A stretch of 63,790 nt of DNA, counting the filler, from Thraustochytrium aureum (taxonomy: Eukaryota): the NCBI GenBank assembly GCA_012862495.1. It is 5 parts of 5 records of this genome, joined end to end, with 100 filler letters (N's around TTAATTAATTAA, not from the genome) between each part and the next. Parts side by side here need not be neighbours in the genome. Positions count along the whole stretch, not along the records: positions 1 to 25,546 come from BLSG01000412.1; 4 more parts are not named here. One strand, written 5' to 3'. The notes beneath the pieces were generated by a model, which was not told the DNA's origin, searched no databases, and was given only the letters and a program-made list of their open reading frames with translations. Below, in pieces: positions 12,226 to 23,693 of the stretch (position 1 is the stretch's first letter; each line of letters opens with the position of its first letter). Position numbers and translations under genes: made by a program.

Positions 12226-12514
12226 TGGATGGGCCACAGGGGCTGCGACGGCTTTGGGGGGAAGGGAGTCGAGGTTTGTGCTAGTAGTGTTGGCGCCGCC
12301 ATCCATGCGGCGCTTTGATGCCGGGATCAGATCAATCAGGCCCTCGTTGCTGCTTTCTGTTTCGGAGCGGGTGGCTTTTTTTGCTGGGTGCCGTACTATG
12401 TTATCAACGCATTTTATTCGTGCTTTGTGGTGGGTCTGGGGCGGCCTTGGAAGGTCGCGGTGCGCGCTTCGGTTTACGCGCAAGATGGTGCTCGTGTCCT
12501 ACACTCTCTGGTCA

Positions 12515-12875
12515 AGTGCGCGTCGTGGCTCCAGCCCGCCTTGCGCACATGACCTAGCTTGGTGGAGCTGTGAGGCGCTCCCACGCGCCAGGTGNNNNNN
12601 NNNNNNNNNNNNNNNNNNNNNNNNNNNNNNNNNNNNNNNNNNNNNNNNNNNNNNNNNNNNNNNNNNNNNNNNNNNNNNNNNNNNNNNNNNNNNNNNNNNN
12701 NNNNNNNNNNNNNNNNNNNNNNNNNNNNNNNNNNNNNNNNNNNNNNNNNNNNNNNNNNNNNNNNNNNNNNNNNNNNNNNNNNNNNNNNNNNNNNNNNNNN
12801 NNAGTGCGCCTTGCGCACATGGCCTTTGGCTTGGTGGAGCTGTGAGGCGCCCCCACGCGCCAGGTGAGTGCGCCA
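12515..12875. repeat. Minisatellite of about 60-bp units spanning an assembly gap
   Basis: CCTTGCGCACATG..CTTGGTGGAGCTGTGAGGCGC..CCACGCGCCAGGTG is present on both sides of the gap 12595-12802 with small differences. Confidence 0.6.
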
Positions 12876-12944
12876 GCTAAACGTGGCGCGAGGTTCGAGT
12901 ACTCGTACAATGTGTCTGTGGGTTTCGGCTTGCAAGGGACGTAT

Positions 12945-15900
12945 CTACTGTGAGCCCCGCATGAGCGCGCCCAGCGCAGAGGCCTGATCAGGCGGCAGGC
13001 CGTTGACTGCTCCAACCACAGCTGACTTGCTCTGGCTGGCGAGAAGGTCGTGCATAACGCGCGAGAGCTCACGCAACGCAAGCCGCTGCGGCCCTTGGTC
13101 GCCGTCCTGGATGGCAACAAGAGTGCGAGCGCACACCGAAACGAGCGCAGGTGCGTTCGCCAGCACGCAAGGCCGCGAGGTCGAGTCACGCAACAAACTA
13201 TGCACGCACTTGAACACCGCAAAGTTCTCCGAGAGGTCGAACCGAAGCGGCAGCAAGGGCAGCAAAGACGGGAAAACCTGGTCCGCAGGAATTGCGCCCG
13301 AGGCGCAGCCTACCGTGAAGATCCGCGCCACGGCACCGCACGCGTTGTCCACGACTGCCTGCAAGTCCATGAGCTCAAAAGACGGCTCGGCCTCGTCAGC
13401 AAGCTCCTCGGCGAGGGCTTGCGCATCTCCAGCTTCCGCGAGCAACGGCTCCATCGCCTGCAAGACTTGGAACAGTGCTTGGGCGTCCGAGTGGACGTCC
13501 GGTCCGCCCAAGGCGACGAGATTGCCGATAAGAAAGGCTGCGTTGCGCCGCGTGATGGCATGCTCCTCGTTGAGACAGGAGATCGCGATTGGGAGGAGCT
13601 GCTTGGCAAACGGCTCGGCGCCGCGTGGTCCGAGCGAGACGACCACTTGTACGAAGGCGCCGAGCGTGGCAGCGCGGCGCTTTGGGCCGCGGTGCATGCG
13701 CTCTGCGAGCGCCTCGAAAATCGGCGCGACGTAGGGCCCAAAGGTGGGCCCGCTGGCCATCGCGAGCATCGCGAGTAGGTCGCAAGTGTTGTCGAACAGC
13801 TGATACGTGTGGCGGTCGTCCTCCTCTTCGGCATCGTCTTCGCCCTCTTGGTAACCTCCACGACTGCCGTTTGCCGCGCCATCGGCCTCGGCGTCGGCGT
13901 CGGCGCCGCCCTGGGCTTCGAGCCACTGGCACACCGCCTCGTCTTTGGCGAGCACAAGCGTCGTCTCTACGACGCGCTCAAACGCACCCCCAAGCGCAGC
14001 AGGCCCGAGGTGCGCCACAAAGCTCTCGAGCGCAGAGCAGCACGCCGCGACGACCTGCTTTTCTTTGTCTTCGACGATCAGGCTCAACAGACGAGGATTC
14101 ACCACCTCATGCAGCAGTCGGCTCAGAGGAGCCGCAAGAGCCGTGCGCGCCGGGACGCCCGGGACCCACCGGCGGTCCTCGTCAAACTCACAATAGCAAG
14201 CGTCAGCCCACTCCTCGGCGAGCCGCTGCGTCTCGGGGTCGAGCGAAGGGAGAGGGTGGCAGCGGGCGAACGCCAGCGTGACTGCCGCAGCGGACTCCAC
14301 CGCGACCGACTTGAGCTTTGGGTGGACGTGGTCAAAGGCCTTGAGGCAGCACTGCAGCACCTCTTCGAGGCGAGCGGAAACGAGATTGGCAGGTGCGTTT
14401 TCAACGACGCGGCCGAGCGCGTACAGAGCGCTCTGCTTGGCTTCGATGACTTCCGAGCGGAGGCATATCTCGTAGCGAACGCCGGGCTGGTACGCGGTCT
14501 CGTCGGCGGGGTCCTCGTCTCCGTCTTCGGCCCCTCGCGACGCGTCTTCGACTTGGGGCCCATCCCCGGACTCGAACTTTGATTTGACACTCTGCGGGAC
14601 CAGCGCCCCATCGGGGTCCTTCACGTTAAGTTGGGCATCCTCGTCGAGGTACTGCGAGGCGATGAGGATCTCAAGCATGGCCTCGACGTGGCAAGCAATC
14701 TCCTCTCCGAAGGCGTCGGCCAGGTTGCTGAGCATCGAGTAGGTTAGCCTGTTGAGCTCCATGTCCTCGAACTCGAGCCCCTTCACCGCGCTCGAGAGGA
14801 GGTCTGGGATGAGGGGCCGGAAGCGAGCGAGGTTGTTTGCGCCGTCAGGCGTCTCGCGGCTGGCAGCGATGGCCAGGTTTCCGAGCGCCGCCGTAGCGTG
14901 GCCGCGCACTTGGAGCTGCGTCTCCTCGGTGATGAGCAGCAGCTTGCCGAGGACAGCGCAGGTGGTGTCAAAGTACGGCATGTACATCGGACCCGTGGTC
15001 ACCATCCAGGCTACACAGCGCGCTGAGCGCCGTACTGCGGAGCGAGGCGTTGGGGCCGCCTTCGCAGAGCGCGAGGAGCTTGGTGGCGAGCTCGTCGAGG
15101 AACGGCATCACGAGGCCCTCGTCGATGTCGTCGCAGATGAGCTCGATGACATCTCCGGCACAAGACCGCACCAAGTTGCTGCTGGGGTCGCCAAGCAGAG
15201 CGATCGCGGGCGGAAGCATGGCTGAAATGTAGTTGAAGATTGGCGGTGCAAGGTGCTCGATCCACTCGGCCATGCACATGAGCGCCGTGGCACGATTCGT
15301 TGGGTCGGGGCTCGACTGGGCGATCGGAACCACCAGCTTCAAGAGGTCCTCAATGTGGTCCACAAGCTGTTCGTTGAGGCCCTCCGTGGCGTGAATGAGG
15401 AGGCTCAGCCCGATCCACTGCGCCGGAACGCCGTCGCGCTCGACCACACCAGGGCTTTGCAAGCGCGACACGGCCTGGCTTACCAACGGCTGAAAGACGA
15501 GCCTTGGAGAGAGGTGCGAGGCGATGGCGGCCACGACGCTCTGGCCAAAGTCGCAGAGCTGCTCGTCATCGTCATCTTCGTCGTCCCCCTTGCCGGTCTC
15601 GTTCATCTCGTCGATCTGCTGCTGCGTCAGCTCCTGTTCAGCGAGCACCTGCTTGAAGCGAGGATAGTCCCACGCCAGGCACATGACGGCGGTCTCTACG
15701 AGGGCGTCGACGGCGCCGAGCTTGGCTACGAAGCGCGACTTGCAGGCAAGGACTGCCCTGAGCGTGTCAATCGCGACGCGCTTGGTCCCGAGGTCGACTG
15801 ACTCGGAGCGGATGATCACAACGAGGACGTGCAGGACCTGCTTGACGTGCTTGTTGAGGATCGGCACGGGGCTCTCGGCGAGTTGGGTAACGACCTCCAG

Positions 15901-16599
15901 CATTTGGATCGCAAGGGCCTCGTCGTCCATGTTGGACTCGAGGCCTACGAGGATGAGCGGCACAAGCTCGCGAAACATGAGGACGTCTTCGCCAGAGCTG
16001 AGAAACTCGATAAGGGCCCCGGCGGCCTTGAGCGCCGCAATTCGGACGCGCGTGTCGCGCGACTGGTGGAGCACCGAGCTGTACAGCTGTTTGAGGTCTG
16101 CAAAGTGGGGTTGAAACACGGTGCCAACTGTCTCGGTCAGCGCGTAGAAGAGCCGCATGGCCAGTTCTTGCTGGTGGGGATCGGTCGACTGAGCGAACCG
16201 CTGCAGGAACTCGAGGAGCTCGGTCCACCCAGCCACGCCGTTCTCCATTTCCTTCTTGCTTATTGCAGAGACCACGTACGTGGTGCTTAGAGACACGATG
16301 CGCTCCGGCTCTGCTGCGAGTGCCTCGAGCAAGAGCCGCTTGGCCGCCTCGCGCGTTGGGGGGTCGAGCTCGAGCCAGAACTGGCTCACTCGGAGCCGCA
16401 GCAGCACCGCGCCAAGCTGGCGCACCGAGACGTGCGCAGAGAACCTGAGCAGCTGGAGCAGCACTGGCACGCACGCCTTGTCTCTGATCGCGGCTCGAAT
16501 CTGCACCTCGGCCACCTTTACAACCTGGGTGTTTGGCACGTTCATCTGCATCAAAAGCCCTTCCATTTGCTGGACGTCCTGCTGCTGCATTGCCTCCAT
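12945..16599 (-). CDS. IPO4: Importin-4 (Kap123-like karyopherin beta), apparent +1 frameshift at about 15006
   Basis: N-terminus LLMQMNVPNTQVVKVAE..VRQLGAVLLR, HEAT repeats with acidic loops, and C-terminal RRNAAF..G and VVDNACGAVAR..LLPLLPLRFDLSEN. Two ORFs (14968-16830 and 12945-15005) join at AGC CTG [G] ATG GTG. Confidence 0.88.
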
Positions 16600-16752
16600 T
16601 GGCTCGTTGCGTGGCACGCCGTCGTGAGCCCAACGAGCCGCCACCGCCAAGCACCTCGCCCGCACGATACGGCACTCGTTCCGCGAACGCCCCGCCGCCT
16701 GTGCTGCTGGCTGTCCCGGGCTGCCGCTGCCCGCAGTTCGCGTCGTGCCGGC

Positions 16753-16806
16753 GCTGGCGTCGCTGGCGTCGCTGGCGTCGCTGGCGTCGCTGGCGTCGCT
16801 GGCGTC
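16753..16806. repeat. 9-bp tandem repeat (GCTGGCGTC)x6 upstream of IPO4
   Basis: Read directly from the sequence. Confidence 0.9.
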
Positions 16807-17091
16807 CTGGCGCGCGCAATGCAGAATCAAACGCGAGTCTGCAAACTCGCTCGCTTGGTTGCTTGCTCGCCCAACGTGTCTCCCTTGCGGAACGCATTTG
16901 GTAGGCGCTTTCGCGGCTCTCTCTCTCTCCCTCCCGCGCTGCTCTGCTCTGCGCTGCGCAATCGGCGTTCAATCTCGCTGCCATCGCCTCACAGGGAAGT
17001 TAAATCGATTTTAATCGCCCTGCCTGCCCCTCATGGAAAGGAGGAACTTGAAGGGGCAGAGCAGGCTTGGCTTTAGCGGTGGCGCAAGGCG

Positions 17092-17164
17092 GGAGCAGAG
17101 CGCCCAGGAGCAGAGCGCCCAGGAGCAGAGCGCCCAGGAGCAGAGCGGCCCAGGGGCAGAGCGC
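17092..17164. repeat. 15-bp tandem repeat (GGAGCAGAGCGCCCA), about 4.5 copies, upstream of C9orf85
   Basis: Read directly; lies in the head-to-head intergenic region between IPO4 and C9orf85. Confidence 0.9.
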
Positions 17165-17266
17165 GAGGCGCCCGGGAAGGCGACAGTGTGCGCTCGCTTG
17201 GTGTGCTTGGTGGTTTGCTTGGGCTGGGGCCTGCGGGTGTGGAGGCCGGCGGCTCTCGCTCTCGCC

Positions 17267-18153
17267 ATGGCGACGACCGCACGCGGCGGCGTTCACCGCG
17301 GCGGGCAAAAGTACCAGAACACGTTTGCATTCAAGCACAACAAAAACTCGAAGAAGACTGCCAAGATCTTGGGCATCCAGCATGGCGGTCTGTGCGAGAG
17401 GTGCGACGAGAAGATCGAGTGGCGGAAGAAGTTTCGCAAGTACAAGCCGCTCAAGGCCCCGCGCAAGTGCCGACAGTGCGAGCGAACCAACATCAGCCGC
17501 GCGTACCATGCCATTTGCACGGAATGTGCGAGCGCCCAGGGCATTTGCGCGATCTGCACCAAGGAGCGCCCCCGCGCCAGCGAGGAAGAAGACGAGGAGT
17601 TGCGCACAGCGAAGCGGGCCAGCGCCAGAGACATCAACCTTTACTTTGCCACGCTTGCGCGAACGCGAGCGCCGGCGTACCATGCGCTTGACGAGGAGGG
17701 GCGTGTGGTATTTTACGTCCAAGAAGGCGGCGCTCTGCTCATGAAACGAGTCGAGTCTTCGGAGGATGGAGAGTCTGATGGCCAGGACGGCGAGGACAGC
17801 GGCGACGATGACGAGGGCGCTGGTCAGGACGGCGAGGACAGCGGCGACGATGACGAGGGCGCGGTCAGGACGGCGGCGCTGGCCAGGACGGCGAGGACAG
17901 CGACGACGACGAAGCTTTCGAGACTGGCGACGACAACGAGGACGCTGACAAAATCGCTGGCGAAAACGCTGTTGAAATCGCTGAGGGCGCCGAGACCTCC
18001 GAGGCGCAAGGAGCTGTGGCCGCGTCAGCAGATGAGGCTGGTGCCGATGAAGCTGCTGCAGCAGCTGCCCTAGCGCGTGAGGTTGACGCGCTGGAGCAGC
18101 CAGCAAATGCCAAGTCGCCGCTTGCTGGGGCTGGAGAAGGGTCGCCAGTCTAA
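17267..18153 (+). CDS. C9orf85: C9orf85/DUF2039 zinc-binding protein with acidic repeat tail (frameshift at about 17862)
   Basis: QKYQNTFAFKHNKNSKKT..GLCERCDEKIEWRKKFRKYKPL..KC..C..ISRAYHAICTECA..ICAIC is the DUF2039 signature. The 42-bp GQDGEDSGDDDEGA repeat shows a T missing in one copy; the restored frame ends at TAA 18151-18153. Confidence 0.9.
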
Positions 18154-18334
18154 ATGGGCACGCGTGTAACTAGTTGAGCTCTCTCGTTGCTGGGGGCTCT
18201 GAGCAGAGCAAAGACCGCTGGGCCTGCCAACCCCTGGGTTTTGCAATCTTGTTGCGTTGTCCCGGTGCGTTTCCAGAGTTGAGTAGATTATTGTTCTAAC
18301 TAAGAGCGACGATGCTACCAGTGAGCGCAAAGTC

Positions 18335-19577
18335 TCAAAACTCCTCCTCTGCATTGATGTCGTAGTACTCGGNNNNNNNNNNNNNNNNNNNNNNNNNNNN
18401 NNNNNNNNNNNNNNNNNNNNNNNNNNNNNNNNNNNNNNNNNNNNNNNNNNNNNNNNNNNNNNNNNNNNNNNNNNNNNCGACGGCTGGTGGCCACCCGTGT
18501 TTGTCACGAACAAGCTGACGAGGCTTGGCGGAAGATAGTCGAACAGGGCGACACGACCTGGACCTTGTCTGACAACGCGCCAAGCTCGGCGTATGATGCC
18601 GTCGGTCCCGGCGACTTGAGGTCGATAAAGGCGTCTTGGTTGTGCGGGAAAAGGGGGCAGAGCTTGTAGAGCCCTGTGATGCAGACCACCGGCACGGCAT
18701 GGTGGCTAGCAGCGACGGCGACCATGTGCGTCCCACTGGCCGCCACGAGACCTCCGTTTGCCATCACAGCGTGCGTGCCAATAATGACCTTGTTGACGCG
18801 AGCCATGAGCGCGAAAACCGCGCTGTCCGGGATAAGCGTGGTGGGAATCCCCATACCGGCCAAGTCGGCTGCCATGCGGTGGCCCGAAAACGACGGCGCG
18901 CCCTCGACCACAATCACGCGAAAGTTGCGCTTGCGCTTGGCTGCAGACAGAAAGAGCCGCACTGACCCCGACTCGCCATACACGAGCACGACGTCGTCGG
19001 CGTGGATATGCTCGAGCGCCTGCTTGGCGATGGGCTCGTGCAGGTTTTCAAGCTCGGTGATCATCTCAGTGATCGCGTCGTAAATAGCCCCGTTCAAATT
19101 CCACTCAGCGGGCTCGTTCACCGCGCCGCCGTGCAGGCCGATCTCGCGGCTTGGCAGGAGGCTGTCCTTCGGATCTATCGTGCCGGAGGACACCCTTTCA
19201 AGAGGAGCCTGCTCCCCAGAGCGGGTGGCCTCCTCGTCCTCTGCCTCCTTGATCATGCGGGCGTACTCCTCTCGCACAATGTGGATCACGCGCCGGAACA
19301 CGTTGCCAACGACGAGCTCTGCCGGGCGAGCGCGCTCAAGCCTGCGCCCAAACGCGCGCACGACCTGGAGCAGCGCCTTTGGAGATTTCCACCGCTTGCA
19401 GTTGACCAGCAGGCGCACGAGGGCGAGCGTCTCGCGCGTCAGTTCCATCGAGCTCGAGAACCTCCTTCGCTTGAGCGTAGTCACGAACGCGTCGATCTTT
19501 TGAGCAAGCTCCCGCGTCGCATCCGACCTGTCCAAAAGTTCCGCGAGCGCCGCGGCATCTTCCCCCGCGCTCGGCAT
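18335..19577 (-). CDS. EIF2B2: Translation initiation factor eIF2B beta subunit
   Basis: RPAELVVGNVFRRVIHIVREE, QALEHIHADDVVL, IPDSAVFALMARVNKVIIGTHAVMANGG and GLYKLCPLFP. The C-terminus FDYLPPSLVSLFVTNTGGHQPS follows a homopolymer frameshift at about 18547, and EYYDINAEEEF-stop lies past the small gap. Confidence 0.93.
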
Positions 19578-19742
19578 CTCCCGCGCGCCTGCCTCGCAGG
19601 CTCCGTGCCCCCGCGGCTCGGCCACAGCAGCGACGCGCCTCCCTCCTTCCCCAGGCGTCCCCGCGCGTCCTCGAGGTCTCAGCTGACGGGCGCAGCGCAG
19701 CGCAGCGCAAAGGCAAGCGAGCGCAACGCAGAGGCAAGGCAG

Positions 19743-19800
19743 GGCAGCGCGAGAAGGCAGCGCGAGAAGGCAGCGCGAGAAGGCAGCGCGAGAAGGCAGC
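19743..19800. repeat. 13-bp tandem repeat (GGCAGCGCGAGAA), 4 or more copies, upstream of eIF2B beta
   Basis: Read directly; ends at an ambiguous base at 19801. Confidence 0.9.
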
Positions 19801-20948
19801 NCGGGGCCTCGGCGATGCTCGGCTGCGCTGGCAGCAGCGGCGATGTCGCGGCCGACGGAGCACCGGTCCAAGCCAAACGCGGATCGACCGCTCACTGTCC
19901 ACTCCGACGCGAGCTTTCGCTTTGCTCTTCGAGAACGTGTGGCCGCGCCGCGGATGGTCTTGGGCTCTTGTTGTTGGCTTGTTGGCTTTGGGTGGTGCTG
20001 GGTGCGGCAGCGGAGGCGGCAGGGCAGGCAGCAGGGCAGGCAGCAGACACCCAACGCCCGGCCGAGCGCTTTGGAAGCGACTCGGCCGGGTGCCATCGGC
20101 TGCCATCGGCTGCCATGGCAGTCGCCTCTAGTGCAGAGGCCTTCTCGCGTGGATATCAAGGTGAGTGTGTGTGGCCGGCCTGGGTAGGCGGTGGTGCGGT
20201 GGGGGCGGGGCCGACGTGGACGCACTCTATATCAGTTGCGAGCAGGCGAAAGCCCACCTTTTCTTTGGGTGCTCGTTGACTTTCATGCGGGTGCAACACC
20301 AAATGTGATGGGTTTAATTAGCATGCCAGGTAGACGTGCGAGCGTCGGGTACTGCGGCGGGTCTGCGGCGACTGGGGCTGGGTTTTCTGGCCCCGACTGC
20401 AGGCGGGCTCGTTGCGGTGCACATGCCAGGCAAGCCAGTCACCTGTCGTAAAGCCTGTGTTTTGGGTTTGACGGCCAACGCGCTTGAAATGTTCTCCTCC
20501 AAAGAGATTTTGACGTGAGGTTGCTGGAGATTTGGGCCGGCCATCGGAGCTGCAGCGGCCTGGTGACGACAAAACCATACGCAATACCAAGATCTGTTCT
20601 GATTCGCGGTGACGAGTTCGACGGTCCGAAGGTCTGCTTGCATGGCCTGCCTAGGAAGGGAGGTGGTTGACGGGGAAGCGGGGGCGGTTTCGAATGTTGT
20701 GCAGTGCTCGAGCTGGTCCTGATGAGGAGACGCTTTTTTACTATTGGAGCTGTCTGATATTCAACTACCACTGATGAGCAACTTTTAACTGCAATCTGAA
20801 GGTCAGACGAGCATTGCACAACAGGCGGGGTGGGTGGTGCGCGTCGTGGAGGTTGACGGCAGCTAACGGCACGCGTGCACACGCGCATTGATGCAGTCGC
20901 GCCTGTACTCTAGACAACATATAAGACAGACTCTGGCGAGATGCGAGA

Positions 20949-22460
20949 TTACAAATTCCAGTTACTAATGTCCTCGGCTTCGCCCAGGCTGAAAATGAAC
21001 TCGTTCATACAGTCCCAAACCTCGTCAGAGTCAGGTCGAAGCATCTCACACGACGCGTCGCGCTGAGTGTTTTGCTGTTGCTGCTGCTGCTGCCGTGGCG
21101 GCTGCGGCGACGGGACGTGCAACGCTCTGCCGGAAGGACTCACATCCCGGTCCAGCGGGGCTGTTGATGCCCAGGAGTCTGCAGGGTTTTTGAGCTCTGC
21201 TATCTCGTCCTTCGAGCCGGTCATACCCGTCTCCGGCTCGCTAGGCCATAGCCGGCGGCTGTCTTGCGAAAGAACCGGCGGCGCTTTTGCCCAACGAATA
21301 TGGTCGCCGGCAAGTGGGGAGGATGACACATTTAGCACTGTCCTGCAAGCCTCGACGGTGCCTGAAGCTAGCGGTGCAGCCGACTTTGGCAAAGCCAGCA
21401 CCTTTTCTGGCTCAAACAACTTGCCTGCAGATCGCTCGGGAGCGACTAGGCGGCTGGTAGAAACGACGGACGGAGCAGCCGAAGATGACGCGGACTTTGG
21501 CAAGCCGAATGGCAAGCCGTCAGGCCGTCCCTTGAAAGTTAATTCCTTCATTCCGTACGCGAATGCCGAAACCGCTCCTTCCTCAGACAGTACGCAGTGC
21601 AAATGCATCCTCGCCGAGGCAAGAGTTCCATCGCAGAGTCTGACACAGACGTCGGCGCAGTCCGGCGAGGCTTCGATGCGGCGCCAGTCGTTGCTGTTCT
21701 CAAGAAATGTCTCCCCCAGCACAACGCGCATACAGTGCGCCCAGAACAGCTGCCTCTCCTCAGGCTCGGTGGCTAGGTTGAGAAAAATGCTCGTAACGAG
21801 TTGACCGTCCTCAACAGCTTTTTCCATCGCATCCCTGGACATCACGTGTTTGGAAAACGCGTCCGTGACGATGGTCTCACGCACCCCCCAATGATGCATT
21901 ACAATGGTGTAGTACTGGTCCGGAGCCCCGAAGCGCCGCAAAACATGTGCTTTCGTCAGGTCGTAGGACCGCCTCGTTCTATGCGAGCTTTCTGGGCGAG
22001 AGCGGGCCGCAAGAGCTTCCATGTCCATGGGCAGCCCTGTTGACAGCGCGATGCATGTTGCCGAGTGCATACGGCTCATCGATTTCGTTTCGATAGCCAT
22101 GTACTGCAGCATTTTCACGAACCACGCTAAGAAGAGCGGTGGTTCGGTAAACCCGAGCGACCGGTACATTTTCACCCACGCCTTGGCGCCGGCATACTGT
22201 TGCGCTACCTCATCGTCGAACTCCATCATATGAAGCGCAGCGAAGGACTCGAGCTCGACGACCTCGGTTTCCTCTTCGCCAGGTTTCGCGCCGCGCTTCC
22301 GTAGGATGATTCGCGGGATGCAGCGCTTGCCGAGCAGCACGCACCGCTCGCATGACCATGCCCCTGCCCGGGTTTGGGGTGACTCTGGGTAGATGCACTT
22401 CCGTCGGAGCCGATAGCACTCGGAGCAAGCGTTTGGCTTGCTTTTGCGGAGGCCTTCCAT
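20949..22460 (-). CDS. Zn(II)2Cys6 (GAL4-type) binuclear cluster transcription factor
   Basis: N-terminal CSEC-x6-C-x14-CERC-x6-C with flanking basic residues (RKSK, RRK, LRKRGAK) and an acidic/hydrophobic C-terminal tail (DEVWDCMNEFIF) resembling an activation domain. Confidence 0.8.
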   Translation of the reverse strand: MEGLRKSKPNACSECYRLRRKCIYPESPQTRAGAWSCERCVLLGKRCIPRIILRKRGAKPGEEETEVVELESFAALHMMEFDDEVAQQYAGAKAWVKMYRSLGFTEPPLFLAWFVKMLQYMAIETKSMSRMHSATCIALSTGLPMDMEALAARSRPESSHRTRRSYDLTKAHVLRRFGAPDQYYTIVMHHWGVRETIVTDAFSKHVMSRDAMEKAVEDGQLVTSIFLNLATEPEERQLFWAHCMRVVLGETFLENSNDWRRIEASPDCADVCVRLCDGTLASARMHLHCVLSEEGAVSAFAYGMKELTFKGRPDGLPFGLPKSASSSAAPSVVSTSRLVAPERSAGKLFEPEKVLALPKSAAPLASGTVEACRTVLNVSSSPLAGDHIRWAKAPPVLSQDSRRLWPSEPETGMTGSKDEIAELKNPADSWASTAPLDRDVSPSGRALHVPSPQPPRQQQQQQQNTQRDASCEMLRPDSDEVWDCMNEFIFSLGEAEDISNWNL

Positions 22461-23211
22461 CGCGGCAGCTGCGCACGGCGCGCAGCGCTGCAACGCGTAC
22501 GTTCTGCCCGCCCTTGAGATTCTCGGGGCAGCCGCGCTGCCTGGCCAGCCATCGGATGGATTGGTGCTCGCTGCTCGATGCCCGTGCTGCAGAGAGACAG
22601 GGGACACGAGCACTGGTCGGACACGACGCGAATTTTGGTTACAAGTGAGACTTTCTCCGTGTGACGGTGCGGGTCGGGCATTCGCCACTCGGCGTAAGTG
22701 AAATATAGGTTGAATTTTCACGAGAGCAGACTGTCCCTGGCCTAGCTCTTGCTCTAGCTAGTAGAGTGTTCCGGTGGTACTCGCGCCCTCTCGTGCGACT
22801 CGGAGAGCGCGGCCACATCCAGGCAGGCCTCTGAGCGCTCCTCGCGCTGCACTTTCTGGACCTACCTACCGGTAGGCGAGCACGCTCTTCTCGCCCAAGA
22901 AGCGCCCTGGAGTCTGATGAGATCCGGTCGACATCAATGAGCGCGTTCGCGTGAAATCCAGCGAGGCCAAGCTTGCGATGACAAGGAGGATCGATCATGG
23001 GTCGGATCCTCGGTGATGGTACCTCAAAGTGGAAGAAGTACTACTACCTACTCGAGTACCTGTAGCTACACTCACCAGGACTGCGAGTATGAATCGTATT
23101 CATCAAGTTGTTGTCTCATGAGCAATCAATCAAGGAAAAACGTGGAGGTCGGTAGGGGTACTCAAGCACGCTTGGCAGGGGGGCCAACATTTTTGTATGA
23201 GAAAAGTTGCG

Positions 23212-23244
23212 AGTCCCAACTTGGGACTGACGTCATGTGATCAC
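23212..23244. promoter_or_regulatory. Cluster of palindromes in the divergent promoter between the Zn2Cys6 gene and the sulfatase
   Basis: AGTCCCAA-C-TTGGGACT (23212-23228), TGACGTCA (CRE-like, 23228-23235) and GTGATCAC (23237-23244) sit back to back. Function is inferred only. Confidence 0.35.
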
Positions 23245-23693
23245 CCCACCACACGAGCCAGCCAACCACCACACGAGCAACAAACAGAGCTCAGAGCAGA
23301 CCGCAGGGAGAGCGAGCAGCCGGCCACTCAACTAGCCTGATGGGGTTGCGCAACACAATGTAGAACTTGAAGTCGCCAGAGCGAGTAGCGGCAGCATTCC
23401 GAGATCCAGCGCTCCCGACTCTGCAGAGAGAAGAGCGGGCCCTGGAGGAAGTAGTTTGCTCAACCTCTGCTCGCCTAACTGGCTCGGCAAGGAGGATCCC
23501 TCCTTGGGCTCGGAGATAACCGCCGCCGTCCTGGAGGGCGGCCGCGGTCCTGGTCCTGCAATCCCGCTTCGCGAGCTGCGAGCTGGGGTTTGCCAGTGCT
23601 GTCGTGAATGGTGCTGTCGGCCCGCGTTCGCTCTTTTTTCAATTGAAACCTAACCCTTTTCGTTCCAATCCAAAGGAAGGACGACACCAGAGA

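Noticed and set aside
12515..12875. Repeats here and at 486-605 as CRISPR arrays
   Set aside because: No unique spacers of regular length, no cas genes, and a eukaryotic context.
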